Assembly: GCA_020536535.1 (NCBI GenBank)
Contig: JAHLWZ010000475.1
Span: 5,684-69,683 of the forward strand
Length of the DNA: 64,000 nt
Source of the DNA: Pelomyxa schiedti
Taxonomy: Eukaryota > Protista > Evosea
Direction: 5' to 3'
Shown: one piece after another, positions 35,446-47,993 of the stretch
Position numbering within the stretch: position 1 is the stretch's first letter
How the letters are laid out: the number at the start of each line of letters is the position of its first letter
Position numbers and translations under genes: made by a program
Notes under the pieces: model-generated
What the model was told of the DNA's origin: nothing
Database searches by the model: none
The model's input: the letters and a program-made list of their open reading frames with translations, nothing else

Positions 35446-38330
35446 TTACATAATGTTACATGGACCTCTGTTGGAGTAACTGTGAATACAGGATAGTGTC
35501 AACTCAAACTGTTGGAGTTGCTTTACAAAACCAGGGTTTGGTTCTACAGTTGGTCTTCGCTTCCGGACAAATTCCAATGCAGGTTGAAACCCCAGGTTGT
35601 TTTTATACATGACATATGATATTACAATAGTCGCTGACCGCGAAATTCCGGCGGCACTGATGTATTGAATAATGTAAGTTAAAATTCAGTGTTGTATCTG
35701 AACGATGTGAATTGGTTTCTGAGATGTACCAGTGCACGAGGGCGCCGTTCCCGGAATCCCTGGCTTCATCAATGAATTTGTGGCAAGTTTGAAAGTGTTC
35801 CAGCAAATCTGTGCTTGTTTGGTCTTCGACCGGTAGAATCAAGTAGTTGAAGAGCTGGGCAGCCCCGTCAGAAAATGGGATCATGTACGGAATGGATTAT
35901 ACCTTGGGGTAAGGACCTTTGGATAGAGGTACAACTGATAACACATGAGTGATGTGCTTGGACTGGCTGAAGTTACAAAAAAAGGAAGGGAGGCTAGAAA
36001 ACGCACGAGGAGAAAGTGTTTATTATCTGCAGCACGAAGAGACCCAAGCCATAGATTGGGCATAATCTCATCCGCGGGAGGCTCTTCTACCACTGGAAGA
36101 CAAGTAGGGGGTAGGGCAATAGGGGCAGAAATCTGTTTTTGTGAAAGAGTTGACCTCTAGTTTGGTCTTGTCTCACAAACTTTATTTCCAGTAAAAAGGA
36201 ATTGTTTCAAACGGAGCGCAGTGATTTCCTCAGGCAGGGTTTCGAGATCATTAAAACTGAATAGATGTGAATGAGGAGATATTTACTTAGAAACAAACCT
36301 GATATCGAAAAACGATAAGTTTACAAGTGTGGAGATTGTTGATGGGATGGCGGGAATACTATTCCTATTGAGTGCTACTGATACAAGACCAGTCAAACTA
36401 GTGATACAAGGAAATTCGCATATGTTGTTTTCACTAGTTTACTACATGAGTATCCGGTTTTTCCAAAAAAAAAACATAAATACCTTGCCTGAAAAGTAGA
36501 AAGGCGAGTTAAAAACGAAATCTCAGATGGGATCGATGCCAGTTCATTGTTGCTTAGGTTGAGTCTGGAGCAAGTGAAAAAAAGTAGGCTGTAGTGTGTA
36601 AATTTACGTTTGCAGAGATACAAGGTTTGACAGCATGTCCGGTGTTTCGAAGTGTGTAATTTTGTTCCCGTTGAGCCGTAATATCCCCAGAGCAGGAAGG
36701 GTGCACAAACACAATGGAAAAGTTGTTAGGAGATTGTTTGATAAGTCTATCTCAGTGAGTCTCATCAGCCTTCCTAATAGAAAGTTAATAGTACACCATG
36801 AATGGTAAGACCCACCAAAAGAGTCTGGAAGTACGGACAGTTGATTTTTGCAACAGTTGAAATTTGTGAGCGCCACCAGTTCACCTATACGGAGTGATAA
36901 GCCTCAAATGATTTCTGGGGAAAGTACCAATGTTAGGCGGAATATGGGTGATAGAATTGCAAGAAATGACAAGTTCCCTTAATGAGACAAGATTGCCTGA
37001 CTGAGTTGAGTGCATTTTTTTCGTGTACGAGCATACCGATAAAATCCGGAAGAGTCTGTAACTTATTATTGCCCAATGCCAAGAAATTGAGATTTTTCAT
37101 GTTCGATATTGGTTTGGGAACTTCATAGAGCCCATTTGATGCCAGCCGCAATACCGTGAGGTTCACTAGGTTCTTGGGATGAGTTAGACTGCAATTTCAA
37201 TAACAGAGAAAACTGACTGTAAAACCATCTGGTAAGAATGTAAGAACATTATTTGACAAATCCATCAACGTAAGTGACGTAAGCCTTGATATTTCAGGTG
37301 GCATTCCAGTGATTCCATTGCTTGGAAGAAGCAGAGATTGAAGCCAGGTTGCCTCAAAGATATGTGGAGGGAACTTTGAAGGGTGAGATAAGTCCCTAAG
37401 GTATAACAAGTTAGCCAGTGTCTACTTGCCATCCCACAAAGAAAAAAAGGAAAAAAACGAAAAAAAATACTCTCAAAACAAAAGAACTTGCCTGAACGCA
37501 AGCGAGAGTTCCAGAGAAGTGTTAGACTTTGACAGAGCCTCACGCACTTGTTCCTGCAATTTTCCCTCATCCGCCACAACCAGCTGAGAAAACCACGAGG
37601 AGCCCTTCATCACATCAGGGCCCTCGTCGCAAGTGGAGAAAATCGACGGGTGCAGCCTCAGCACCACCGTCCTGGGTGCCGCCGGCGCCGGCGCCGCCGC
37701 CCCCCCCTCGCCGCCCCCCTCCTGCTGCAGAGCCGACGGCGGCCGCGGCGCCACGCCCACCGGCGGCGAGCGGTACTTGCTCAGGCGGCCCGCGGGCGCG
37801 GACGCCGAGGTCTGCGTGGTGGTGGTGCTGCTGGTGCTGCTTGTCGACGTCGAGGTCGATGTGGTTGTGGTCGTGGTCGATGGGAGCGGAGTGGTGTTGG
37901 CCCTTGGGATTGGCGCCGGGGAGTAAGACTGGGTGGGCGACGGGGGCGGCTGTGGCGTAGCACCTTGGTTGGTGCCGTTGCTGTTGCTGCTGCTGCTGCT
38001 GTTGGCGAGGGGACTGCTCGGGATGCTGCTGCTGCCGGTGTCGTCGCTGCCGCTGGGGTTGGTGGCTCGCGTGACGGAGGGGGAGAGCGGGGGGGAGAGG
38101 GAGGGCGAGGGGGCGGGGGACGCGGGGGGCTGGGAGAGGCCCAGGGAGGAGGAGGAGGAGGAGGGCGGCGGGTGGCCCGTGGACGTGAACAGGGTCTTGC
38201 GCGCTTGGGTGGGGCTCGGGCTCGTGCTCGGGGACCTGTCAGAGCCCCAGAAGCCGCCAAAGCCCCCGCCCACGCGGCTGCCCTCCCCGTTGCCTACGGT
38301 TCCACTACTGCTTGCACGGTGGCTGTGCAT
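35446..38330 (-). CDS. LRR-containing dual-specificity (MAPK) phosphatase, Dictyostelium Mpl-like architecture
   Basis: Ser/Pro/Thr-rich first exon, then about 10 LRRs (e.g. LTLMDLSNNVLTFLP, LRLASNGLYEVP). The DSP domain has EIMPNLWLGSL, the spliced VHCAAGISRSATIVISYVM and PNPGFVKQL. Confidence 0.88.
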
Positions 38331-38745
38331 TCCCGTGTCTTAGGAGACGGTTGGCAACACCGCCGCAAAACGATCAGGCTGGGGGTTCAACTTTTATCAA
38401 ACTTGTTACCAGAAACCCCGTTTCAGGCAGGAGCGTAGATCTGGGTGAGAGAAGTTGGCAGAGAGTCAACAATCCCAAGGGGACTCCCACTGTGAATATT
38501 ACTGGACACTTAAGGGAGGAGGCAATAATCTGTCTTGCCTTCAGTCAACTCCTTATCAAGGCCCACAGTAGACAATTCGAAGACTCTGCTACGGAGACTC
38601 TCTGTGCACACTACACCAATCCCACCAACACTATGTTGATGTTCGCCAACACATGAGAGGTTCGAGTGAGTGATTTCTGTGTGACAGCCGGGTGTTGGTG
38701 ATGCGTTTCAAAGAAACGACCAACTTGCGTTTCACTCAACAAAAG

Positions 38746-39960
38746 ATGGCCTTGAACAACCGGGTAGCGATAGAGGGTCACATTTCAGCACGGGACCAAT
38801 TCATTGCCTTTGCAACTGGAGCGCTCGTCGAAAGGTGCGGAATCAAAAGCCCCGTCAGGAACGCGTGGTCTCAGTCTGTGTTGTGTGAGTTTGGCCGATC
38901 TTGGGTCGTGTGCCCCGCGAGGCAAATCGGTGTTGTTCTGGACCTGGAAGCGAGCTCTCTAAAAAACCTTATAAGGAGGCTCAACGTGTGGATGGAAGTG
39001 TCGCCAACCGGCGGGATTGTGGGATGCGGGTGCCACGACTACTTGCGGGAGTTCCCGTACAAAGGGTATGCCAGAGGCAATGACGGAGACATTCAAGGAA
39101 GCATAGGCGGCGGAATGCTTGCCACGGTGTGGTCCAAGCGCTCCCTACGAATCTGCGAAGGCGACGGCCCACCTGCCAAAGCTTTTTCATGGCGCAGGAG
39201 GAGGCTTTCAAACCTGGCAGGTTGCAGCAGCCGCTGGATCGTCGTCGTCGTCGTGGAGAGATACTGCAGTCAGGTGATGGAAGTGTGGAGGGTGGGAAGG
39301 AACGGCACACTTTTGAGTGATTCGCATAAGATTGCGATCGAGCCGCTACTGAACTGGAGTTTCCTGTTGAGAGGCAAATACTGCTTGCAGGGTGACACTT
39401 TGGTGATCTCGGCACACCTCACGAATGAGGTCACCGACGTATGGTTCATTGACTTGGTGAAGTCAATCGACGAAAACGCACTGGTGATTTCGAAGAAACT
39501 GCAGTTTCCTGGCCCTTCCCCCACCCACGATGTCCTCCTCAGCAATCCTATAACCACTGAACACATTGAAAACCTCTATGTTTCTGATGGCCACAGGACT
39601 ACCCCTGGCAGAACGAACCGCGTGTTATCTTCTGGAAGCATTACCCGGGAGTTCCAAGATTGCTGCTCTGCAATGTGCGTTGCCGATGACCTAATATGCA
39701 CCCAGATAGTGCATCCCTTCAGGGTGCACAACTACTACCGGCTTCCAAACCTTTCCACTCCAGTTCTGTCAGTCCCCTCCAATCAGGTTATCGAAACCGT
39801 ACCAATTGAAACAAGGGAAGGAGTCGTGGCAGTTCGATCCACGCCCTCTAGAATCTCAATCTTGGACGTTGCCTCTGCCACTGTCCTCGCCACAATCTCA
39901 TTCCAAAGCTATTGGCCTGCACCAGTCTGCAAGTCAAATGAGAAAAACAGAATTTTTTAG
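38746..39960 (+). CDS. Intronless hypothetical protein, tandem paralog A (beta-rich, possible propeller)
   Basis: Long uninterrupted ORF, colinear with the next ORF (IEGHISARDQF...ERCG..SPVR..WSQS.LCEFGRSWVVC). The start could be 38701 or 38746. Confidence 0.75.
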   Translation: MALNNRVAIEGHISARDQFIAFATGALVERCGIKSPVRNAWSQSVLCEFGRSWVVCPARQIGVVLDLEASSLKNLIRRLNVWMEVSPTGGIVGCGCHDYLREFPYKGYARGNDGDIQGSIGGGMLATVWSKRSLRICEGDGPPAKAFSWRRRRLSNLAGCSSRWIVVVVVERYCSQVMEVWRVGRNGTLLSDSHKIAIEPLLNWSFLLRGKYCLQGDTLVISAHLTNEVTDVWFIDLVKSIDENALVISKKLQFPGPSPTHDVLLSNPITTEHIENLYVSDGHRTTPGRTNRVLSSGSITREFQDCCSAMCVADDLICTQIVHPFRVHNYYRLPNLSTPVLSVPSNQVIETVPIETREGVVAVRSTPSRISILDVASATVLATISFQSYWPAPVCKSNEKNRIF

Positions 39961-39997
39961 TTTGCGAGGCGAGAGTGGGATTTTCATTCAAAATTGA

Positions 39998-41248
39998 ATG
40001 AAGGACGAAGGAGCAACAACTGCCACGAAAAAAAAAGAGAACCTACCAGGGACTCCCACAATTCTCAACACTCTGCAAGTTCAAGAAAACACCAGCCGGG
40101 CAACAATCGAGGGTCGCATTTCGGCACGGAATCAGTTCGTCGCGCTGGCGGCGGGAGCACTCGTCGAAAGGTGCGGCCGAAACAGCCCCGTAAGGAGCGT
40201 GTGGTCTCAGTCTTTGTTGTGTGAGTTTGGCCGATCTTGGGTCGTGTGCGCCGTGAGGCAAATCGGTGTGATCCTGACCCTGGACCCGCATTGCACAAAA
40301 GCTCGAGAAAGGAGACTGAACGTGTGGATGGGCGTGTCGCCAACCGGTGGAATTGTGGGATGCGGGTGCCACCACTACGTGAGGGAATTCCCATCCAGAT
40401 GTTCCACCACACTCCTGGGAAGCGATGGCGACATGGTGGGATGCATCGGCGGCGGAATTCATGCACGGTGGGACGCATGCACCATTCGAATCAATGACGG
40501 TGAGGGAATCCCCGTGAGGGTCTTTTCGTGGCCTGGAAAGCTTGTTACAACTCTGAGCACTTGCAGCAGCCGTTGGGTTGTGGTTGTGGCGGCTGATTTG
40601 GGTGATGCCAATCAATTCATGACAGTGTGGAGGGTGGGGATGAATGGCGCTCTGTTGCGTGATTCACATTCCATCAGGATAAAACCGAGCCTGGATAGTA
40701 GCTTCCTGTGGGGAAGCTGCTCTTGTTTGCAGGGTGACACTTTGGTGGTCTCTGGTCGGCCAAGCTCTTGTGACAGTTCTGAAGTCGTGTTTATCGACTT
40801 GGTGAAGACAATTGACGAGAACACCTTGGTTGTTTCCAAGACACAGTCGTTTCCTGGTTTCTCCTGCCATAACCTCGTTCTTTGCAATCCAATCGCAACT
40901 GAAAAAATCCAACAAGTGCAAAGTGGTGCCTCTAAGGGGACAGGGTTCAAAATCCGCCGCACATTGACCTGCGGTAGGAGTTCCCGCGTTATCAACGATT
41001 GTGCGGATACCTTTTGCATTTCTGATGATATTGTATGCACCGAGGTAGTGTTCCCCGTCAGAGTGCATAACTATTTCCAGCTTCCCAATCTGTCCACTCC
41101 AGTTCTGTCAGTCCCCTCTGATCAAGTGATCAGAACAGTGCCACTTGAACCAAGGCAAGGAGTCGTGGCAGTTCAATCAACACCCTCTAGTATCTCAATC
41201 TTTGATGTGGTGTCTGCTTCTGTCCTTGCTGTTGTCTCCCTCACTTGA
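39998..41248 (+). CDS. Intronless hypothetical protein, tandem paralog B
   Basis: 416-aa ORF sharing blocks with paralog A: VSPTGGIVGCGCH.Y.REFP, CLQGDTLV and LPNLSTPVLSVPS.QVI. Confidence 0.75.
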   Translation: MKDEGATTATKKKENLPGTPTILNTLQVQENTSRATIEGRISARNQFVALAAGALVERCGRNSPVRSVWSQSLLCEFGRSWVVCAVRQIGVILTLDPHCTKARERRLNVWMGVSPTGGIVGCGCHHYVREFPSRCSTTLLGSDGDMVGCIGGGIHARWDACTIRINDGEGIPVRVFSWPGKLVTTLSTCSSRWVVVVAADLGDANQFMTVWRVGMNGALLRDSHSIRIKPSLDSSFLWGSCSCLQGDTLVVSGRPSSCDSSEVVFIDLVKTIDENTLVVSKTQSFPGFSCHNLVLCNPIATEKIQQVQSGASKGTGFKIRRTLTCGRSSRVINDCADTFCISDDIVCTEVVFPVRVHNYFQLPNLSTPVLSVPSDQVIRTVPLEPRQGVVAVQSTPSSISIFDVVSASVLAVVSLT

Positions 41249-42074
41249 GGAGAAATCCGACCCATAAAAAGCCTGAGTACAACGAGGCATGCATTCCTTT
41301 TGAAAAGAAACCAATTTTTACTTGTTCTCCGACGAATCAATTGTTTTAACTGCTTGATAACAAAAAAGTATAGCGCACCACTTCCTCCAGTGATCCCACA
41401 CAGAGGGAACCTCTCCCGGTTCCTCCAGTCCGTACCTGACAGGATAGCCCGGTCTGTGTCCTCTAAAGGAGCCACCATACAAGTGGTGTAACCTTCAGGA
41501 AGTCGCTCCTTTTTCTTCTTCCTTTTCGCCAGGAATTCCCGGCCGGCACTTAGTGATGGGTGGTATTCAGTGTCACTAGAAAAAAGGCAGTTGCGTAGTC
41601 CCACCAGTTAAAAGGTTTTTTCATAACAGTGCCATGGGAAGCAAGGAAAGGAGTCGTGGACCCTGGCGAGGCAGGTAGACAGACTTTCAGGAATGCACGG
41701 GAAGAAAGGGAAGAAAAATACGTTGGTATCACGTGTTGTTCAGCCGAACACTGTAAAAGGGATTAAGCAGGGCAGTTCTCGAAGTACCTCATCGCCCGTT
41801 GATTGTGATGACTGCCTTTCCGCAAATAGGAAGAATGTCAGCGAACTTTCACAACGTTCACTGTACCTCAATCACATCTGGTGATTAACAAACGTAAACG
41901 GGCGTGTTTTTTCTGTGGCGAAGTCTGTAGTGCTGCGTCCATTGATTCATCGTTTCCTGTAACGAGAATGCCTTGTCTCTTTATAAGCCAGCCTCTAACA
42001 ACCAAAGTAAACAAATTTACAAACAAACAAGCAAAAGCAAACAAACATAACAAACAAACAGTTTGACAACAACA

Positions 42075-44244
42075 ATGAGTGGCTCGACAACATCATCTGA
42101 CGCAGAGGTGCAGGCAACCCCTATAGTAATCGTAGCTGGGCCAGACCTTGACACTGGTACAATTAAAATATGTGAATAATGGTGGCTGGGCTCTAACTCA
42201 AATACCTCAGATTTCACTTCAAAGTCTCATTTACTTGTCGATGGGAAGGAAGCCAGCATAGCCTTTCTGAGAGAATACTTCAGGAATGGAAAGGTTACCA
42301 CTCGAGTGTCTCGTTTCTGGTTTTCTTAAACACTCTAGGATGCTGTGAGGGCTGATAAAACTGTCAGAAATAAGCAAGGCTACCTGTCACTCTCTGGAGT
42401 ATACTTGAAACAGTTCCTCCATAAGAACAGGGGAGATGCCGGAGCTGCAACTGTAATACACTATTTCAATGACGCTACAGCCGCGGTATATGACCGGGCA
42501 GTTGCAAGTGCTTCTGTGCTGCTAATTAGCACCACTCTGATGCCCACTTGGAGCTTTGTTGAATCGCTGGCTGAGAGGGCCAAGAGAATCAATCCAACTA
42601 TCACGGTTATCGCTGGTGGCGTAAGTGTATACAAGTAAGTAACTGCATCCGATTTCTTTATTGGTATTAAGTATGCCTCAGAATAGCCAAAGCGAGGAAA
42701 ATGCTAGACGCCGGTCTTTTTGAGGCAACTCCCAAGCTGAGGGAGTTCTGGAAGTTTCTTATGAAACCGTACCAATCCAAAATTGACTTCGCAATTGCAA
42801 GTGTAGCCGGGGAACAGATTTTGTTGACTCTCCTGGACTGTTTGGAACAGGTATGGATCTTTGTACTGGAAGAGAGTAGTCTAACTTCTTTGTTAAGGGA
42901 TCTGATGCCTGGAAAACCATGCCAAATGTGATATGGTACGATCCCTCGGTTGGGGATTTTCATATGAATGAGCGTGAGTCTTTACACCTTAACCTAACTT
43001 TGTAATAATTCAATTCCGTTAGTTGTGGAAGAAAAGTCTTCAGACTGTGAGGTTGATTGGTCACAAGAAAAGTGCCCTGAAGGGAGTATTTACCCAGTGC
43101 AGGCTGGGCAAGGATGCCCATACAAGTAAACTTTTCTGAAGTGACGCTGGGTCTAAATAAAGTTTGAAGGTGTGGTTTTTGCGATTTTGTTGCTCTAGAA
43201 CCTGTTGTGTATCGATGCAACACCACTGCTGTCATGAATACTGTGAGGAGCATCCCCTTATACAAAGGACATAGACGAGTAAGTTTGTCTGTTTCTTTCC
43301 AAATCTAAATCATTTAAGGTATGGTTTACAAATGATAACTTGTTGGTCACACGCTCCGTGGCAGTGAATTTCCTGACAGAACTCATTCGACAGGATTTGC
43401 ACTGTCGGTGGTACTCCTTTTTGAGGTTAACTAGACAAGAAGCGATTATCAATGCCAACATAACAATTTCAGACTTGACGCTGTTGCTGATGCAGAACTG
43501 GCCGATTTAATTGCCCAGTCAGGGTGTGAAAGAGCCAATTTTGGATTGGAGAGTGGAGATCAAACGATTCTCGATAATATGGAAAAGCATTGCCGTGTTC
43601 AGGTTACTTTTCCGTGCCAGTATGTTGTGACTTATTCCCAGCAGGATATTCCACGTGGCATCAATTTCCTCTTGGAACGGAACATAATTGTGCGTGTCTC
43701 TGTCATTGTGGGATACCCAGGAGAGACAAAGGAAACGATCATGAAGACAGTCAAACTTGTCAATAGCATCCAGGATACTGGAGTGTTTGAGGTGAAGGTA
43801 TGAGTTTAGAAGGAAAAAGTAGTTTCCGCTCACTCATAATTTCCAAAGGTGTTCCCGCTTGGTATTTTCCCAATGGCGCCCATTTCTACTCGCCAACAGA
43901 GGCAAAGATGGGGCTTGCAAGGAATAGGACTTGTGTGGAAACATGACACAATGACATCAACGGAGGCGGCCTTCTATGCTGACAAGTTCGATGATTGGAT
44001 CAGGCCCACAATTGGCTCTGTCTACTGCGCCGAGAACTGCTTCTTCTTTGACGTTGAGGATCCCGCAGCCAGAAGGACAGTGATCATACTCAGAAACATG
44101 GTACCACTATCATTTCCCCGAGATTGGTTGTCGCTAACCAAAATATAGCTCAGGAGGCGTTCAAGGGGTAACAGAGAAGATGGGGATCCAAGGACTGACG
44201 AGCAACTTTGGGAAGCCCTCGAGGCAGTTTTGACTTCGAACTGA
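42075..44244 (+). CDS. Radical SAM enzyme with B12-binding-like N-terminal domain
   Basis: The CxxxCxxC motif is split by an intron (GQGCPYK|CGFCDF). Other motifs are FTDDNL, GCERANFGLESGDQTILDNMEK and VIVGYPGETKET. Upstream LISTT, VIAGG and DFAIASVAGEQIL resemble the cobalamin-binding region of class B-like radical SAMs. About 9 GT-AG introns. Confidence 0.85.
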
Positions 44245-44732
44245 TCTCAGGAGTTCAGTCAGTAAGGCTTCACTCTGAAATTTGTGAATAGAAGAAAGAA
44301 TTTTCTGAAATTTGGTTTGAGCTTGTTGCTTCTTCTGCATTACATTTAGAATACTTGGCCAATTAAAAGAGGTGGCTGTATGAAACAAGGGAATAGAGCG
44401 CATTTGTGAAGTAAACTTCCAGTGCTGCCCCAGCCACACTCAGGTGAGACAGCAACAAAATTTTCCTATTGTGCCAGCCATACAGAATTCCGAGAGTTCC
44501 GATACACTTTGCCAATATAGCAAAAGTTGCGAGACGCGTGTCGAAATTGGTTACGAGTACATCTTGTTCCTATGCGCACAACAAAGTCCTCCAGGGCAGT
44601 GGAAATTATTTCAACATCTGCTCACTGTGCATTTACAACTCTTCTGCCTGGTGCTTTCGGTGGTTGGGTGCGCCAAACACCACGTACTTTTGTGGGCTCC
44701 GAAGAAATTTTTTCGGCTAAACCACAAGAAAG

Positions 44733-46532
44733 ATGGATCTGTCAATGGGTGCGGCCCATCATTCTTTCGGTTGCACCACCCGCGTTTTGTTTTTCACTCC
44801 TCAACCACAGGTACGACGTGCTCCAACTGCGACGACGCCGCCGCGACCGTGTCGTGCGAGCACTGCGGTCTGCTGTGCCACCCCTGCTCGTCCCAGCTCC
44901 ACGCAATGAAGGCGCTTTCGTGGCACACCCCCTCGCACCTGTCGTCATCTGAAACTGAAACTGCGCCTATGTCTGCGGCTACTTCTGCCCCCGGTACCAC
45001 CACTGCGTCCTGCATGTCGGAAACGCATAAGAAACCAAGGTGCGCGGCGCACAACAAGAAGCTCGATCTGTTCTGCGTGAAGGACGAGGTGGCCGTGTGC
45101 GCCCACTGCATGCTGCTTGGGCCGCACAGGGACCCGGCGACGGGGACCCCCCACGCCTGCGAGTCTCTGGACCAGGCGGCGCAGAGGCTCAGGAGGAAGA
45201 TGGACGACGAGAGGGCACTCCTGTCAAAGCTGGGCGACGCGGTGTGCGCCGGGAGAAACCGGCTGCTTTTGTCGCAGAGGAGAATTGACGAGGTTTGTGT
45301 TTCCCCTGGGCATTCCTCTTACCACTCGACGAAGTACAAACTACGCAATTTTAAGAGGTGCGAGGCTGTCAAGATTGATGTTTACAAATCGTTTTCGGAA
45401 CTACGAGCCGAAATTGGTGAAACAGAACGCAGATTGATTTCAGAGATAGAAACCTTCAACTGTGAGAAGGGTGAGTACCTGAGACACCTCACCTACACTA
45501 AACCTCCCTCTCTTTTTAAAGTATATATAACCTTGTGCAGCCGCCAATATAAGGAAATCGATTGAAGAGCTTGATGCATTATCGGGACCAATCGAACGAT
45601 CACAATTAGAACTCAAGACTGTTGACCTGCTTCCTTCCCTTCCATTTCTACAGGCCTTTGGGACCCACGTCACCCCGTTTCGCACACTTCAGGTACCTAC
45701 CGAAGAGCCAATTGAGGAGATAGAATTTTCTGCAGCACGGGTGCAGGCCGTAACCCAACAGATCGCGTCATTGAGTGTGATTACTACTGGATTCTCAATC
45801 AAACACAGTTCGTTTTCAGTGAGCCCACAACAGTGCAACATTTGCATTGGAGACAGGACTGCGATCGAAGTCACACCATCCCTATGTGACATCGACGGAC
45901 GAGCATGTGACAAGGCTATGGCGTCAAAGATAGGATTACAGTTGCATGCTTTCTTCATTGTGTGTTTTTGCTCGCCACCAACTAGAGCATAATAAAATCA
46001 CCAGAATGAACCCAATGAACAAGCCGTGAAAGTGAATGGGCTCTCTGTTGAAGTTGGCCCATTTGCGAAATCTGGGCATCACAAACTTTCACTGCAACTG
46101 CATCCATTCTCCACACCAGTTGTTGTGCCCCTGAATGTGGTTTCTCTGATTGCCATTGGGAAATCAAATGCAACATACCCAGGATACCGCATGATGACTT
46201 TGATAGACCTCACTGAGGAGCCAATGAAGACCAAAATATTTGATGCAGCCAATGCAAACGGTGGTGGGTTGCTGAGCCTCGACTCCTTCAAGCCATCTGA
46301 TGTGTGCCAGATTCAGGAGGGATATGTGCAGTTTGGTGGGTCATGTAAATTCCTCCAGGCCACTGAAACCTTTCGAGAGGGTGACACACAACCAGCTGGG
46401 AAGTGGAACGCGTGCTACCTGTATTCAAACACTGGTAGGAACTTCTCACAGTTGAGGAAAGAATGTGTATCAACAAATTCATGTGTCCAACGGACAGACA
46501 CCATCCCCGCTCTTTTCATCCACCAGCTGTAA
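44733..46532 (+). CDS. Double B-box zinc finger plus coiled-coil protein (TRIM-like, no RING)
   Basis: B-box1 CSNC...CEHC..LCHPC..LH...H; B-box2 CAAHNKKLDLFCVKDEVAVCAHCMLLGPH...H. A coiled coil and an unassigned C-terminal domain follow. Confidence 0.78.
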
Positions 46533-46611
46533 AATGGTTGTTTCTGTTTGGGACCCGTTAACCTATCTGTTGATTATTTTATTCACCATTCCCTGTTTTT
46601 TTATTCCCGTT

Positions 46612-47867
46612 ATGGCAACCATAACCGCTGGGCAGGGGCAAGCTTGTGTTATCGATTGTGGGACAGGACTGACCAAGGTTGGACTTTCAATTGATGGTGT
46701 CGAAAATGGCCTTCCTCGTGGCTTATTCCCGGTATGTGTGTGTAGCTGCAATTTTCATAAGCAACTGACGTTTGGCATAACAGACAATAATTGGTAGACT
46801 GAGGCCGGCATTGTGCACCGGCTTCGGCGTTCCTGAGTATTGTGGGAATGAGGCCCTGCAGAAACCACAGGGCCATTTGTTTTTCAAGCATCCCGTTGAG
46901 CGCGGAGTTGTGAACTTGTACGAAATTGTGGGTTGAGTCGAGTCCCTTCTTACTTAGACCTTATAGTTGTTTTTCATTTTAACAACTAGCTTAGGAGTCA
47001 ATTTATACACATATATTTAATTCAGTACTTCGTATTGCTTCTGATGAGCACTCTATCCTGATTGCGGAACCATCACTCAACCCAAATGCAAGTAGCGAAA
47101 AATTGATTCAGATTCTATTTGAAACTTTCACTGCTCCAGCTGCTTACCTGGCCAATGATGCACTTCTTTCTCTAATATCTTCTGGCCGGACCACTGGAAT
47201 TGTCATTGACTGTGGAGAAGGAATCACACGGTTTGCTCCTATTATAGATGGAACACTGACTACTAGTGCCACTGCACGAGTCGAACTGGCCGGCTGTGAC
47301 CTGACTGATTTCATGAGTACCATCCTGAGCCAGCATGGAAATTCTTTGTCAGAAAGTATTTCCGACCGCGCCATTGTAAAGGATATAAAGGAGCATATTC
47401 CATATGTTGCATTGAACTTTGATGAAGAGATGGGAGCTGATCCCCCACAAAGCAAAAAGACTTGTCAACTTCCAGATAAGAGAGTTATCAATCTACCGGA
47501 CAAACTTTTCCGGTGCCCAGAAGCTCTCTTCCGACCTGAGCTCATTGGGAAGAAGACACCCGGCATACACCAGTTTTGTGCAACGTCAATATCCCAATGT
47601 GATGCATCAATCCACCCTCAACTTTATGGAAACATAATTCTGTGCGGAGGCTCGTCGATGTTCCCTGGAATGCAAGAGAGATTGCAAAAAGAGATTTCAA
47701 TCTCTGCACCCTCACACAGCACTAAGGTAATAGCTACTCCTGACCGCAGATACTCTGTGTGGCTAGGTGGATGTATTGTTGCCTCCCACAGCACCTTCGA
47801 ACAAATGTGCATTTCCAAGGCAGAATACGATGACTATGGCCCAGGTATAGTGAACTCGAAGTGCTGA
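46612..47867 (+). CDS. Divergent actin / actin-related protein
   Basis: Motifs VIDCGTGLTKVG, KHPVERGVV, ILIAEPSLNP, QILFETF, SGRTTGIVIDCGEG, LAGCDLTDF, FRCPEALF, LYGNIILCGGSSMFPG, RRYSVWLGG and ISKAEYDDYGP. Confidence 0.93.
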
Positions 47868-47993
47868 TGAATCAAATAAAATACACTGTTTTCTTCTCAA
47901 CATGTTATTTGACGCCTTTTTTACCAGCAACAAACAGAAACAACTGTCTCATCATCTAAGAAATCAATTAATCGCCCTTGCTGTAGTGTCGTT

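Noticed and set aside
37529-38438. Long + strand ORFs over GC-rich exons (similar cases at 31308-31725 and 54390-54965)
   Set aside because: These are antisense shadows of low-complexity GC-rich coding exons.
41300-41950. Possible small - strand gene
   Set aside because: Only fragmentary ORFs with no recognisable homology.
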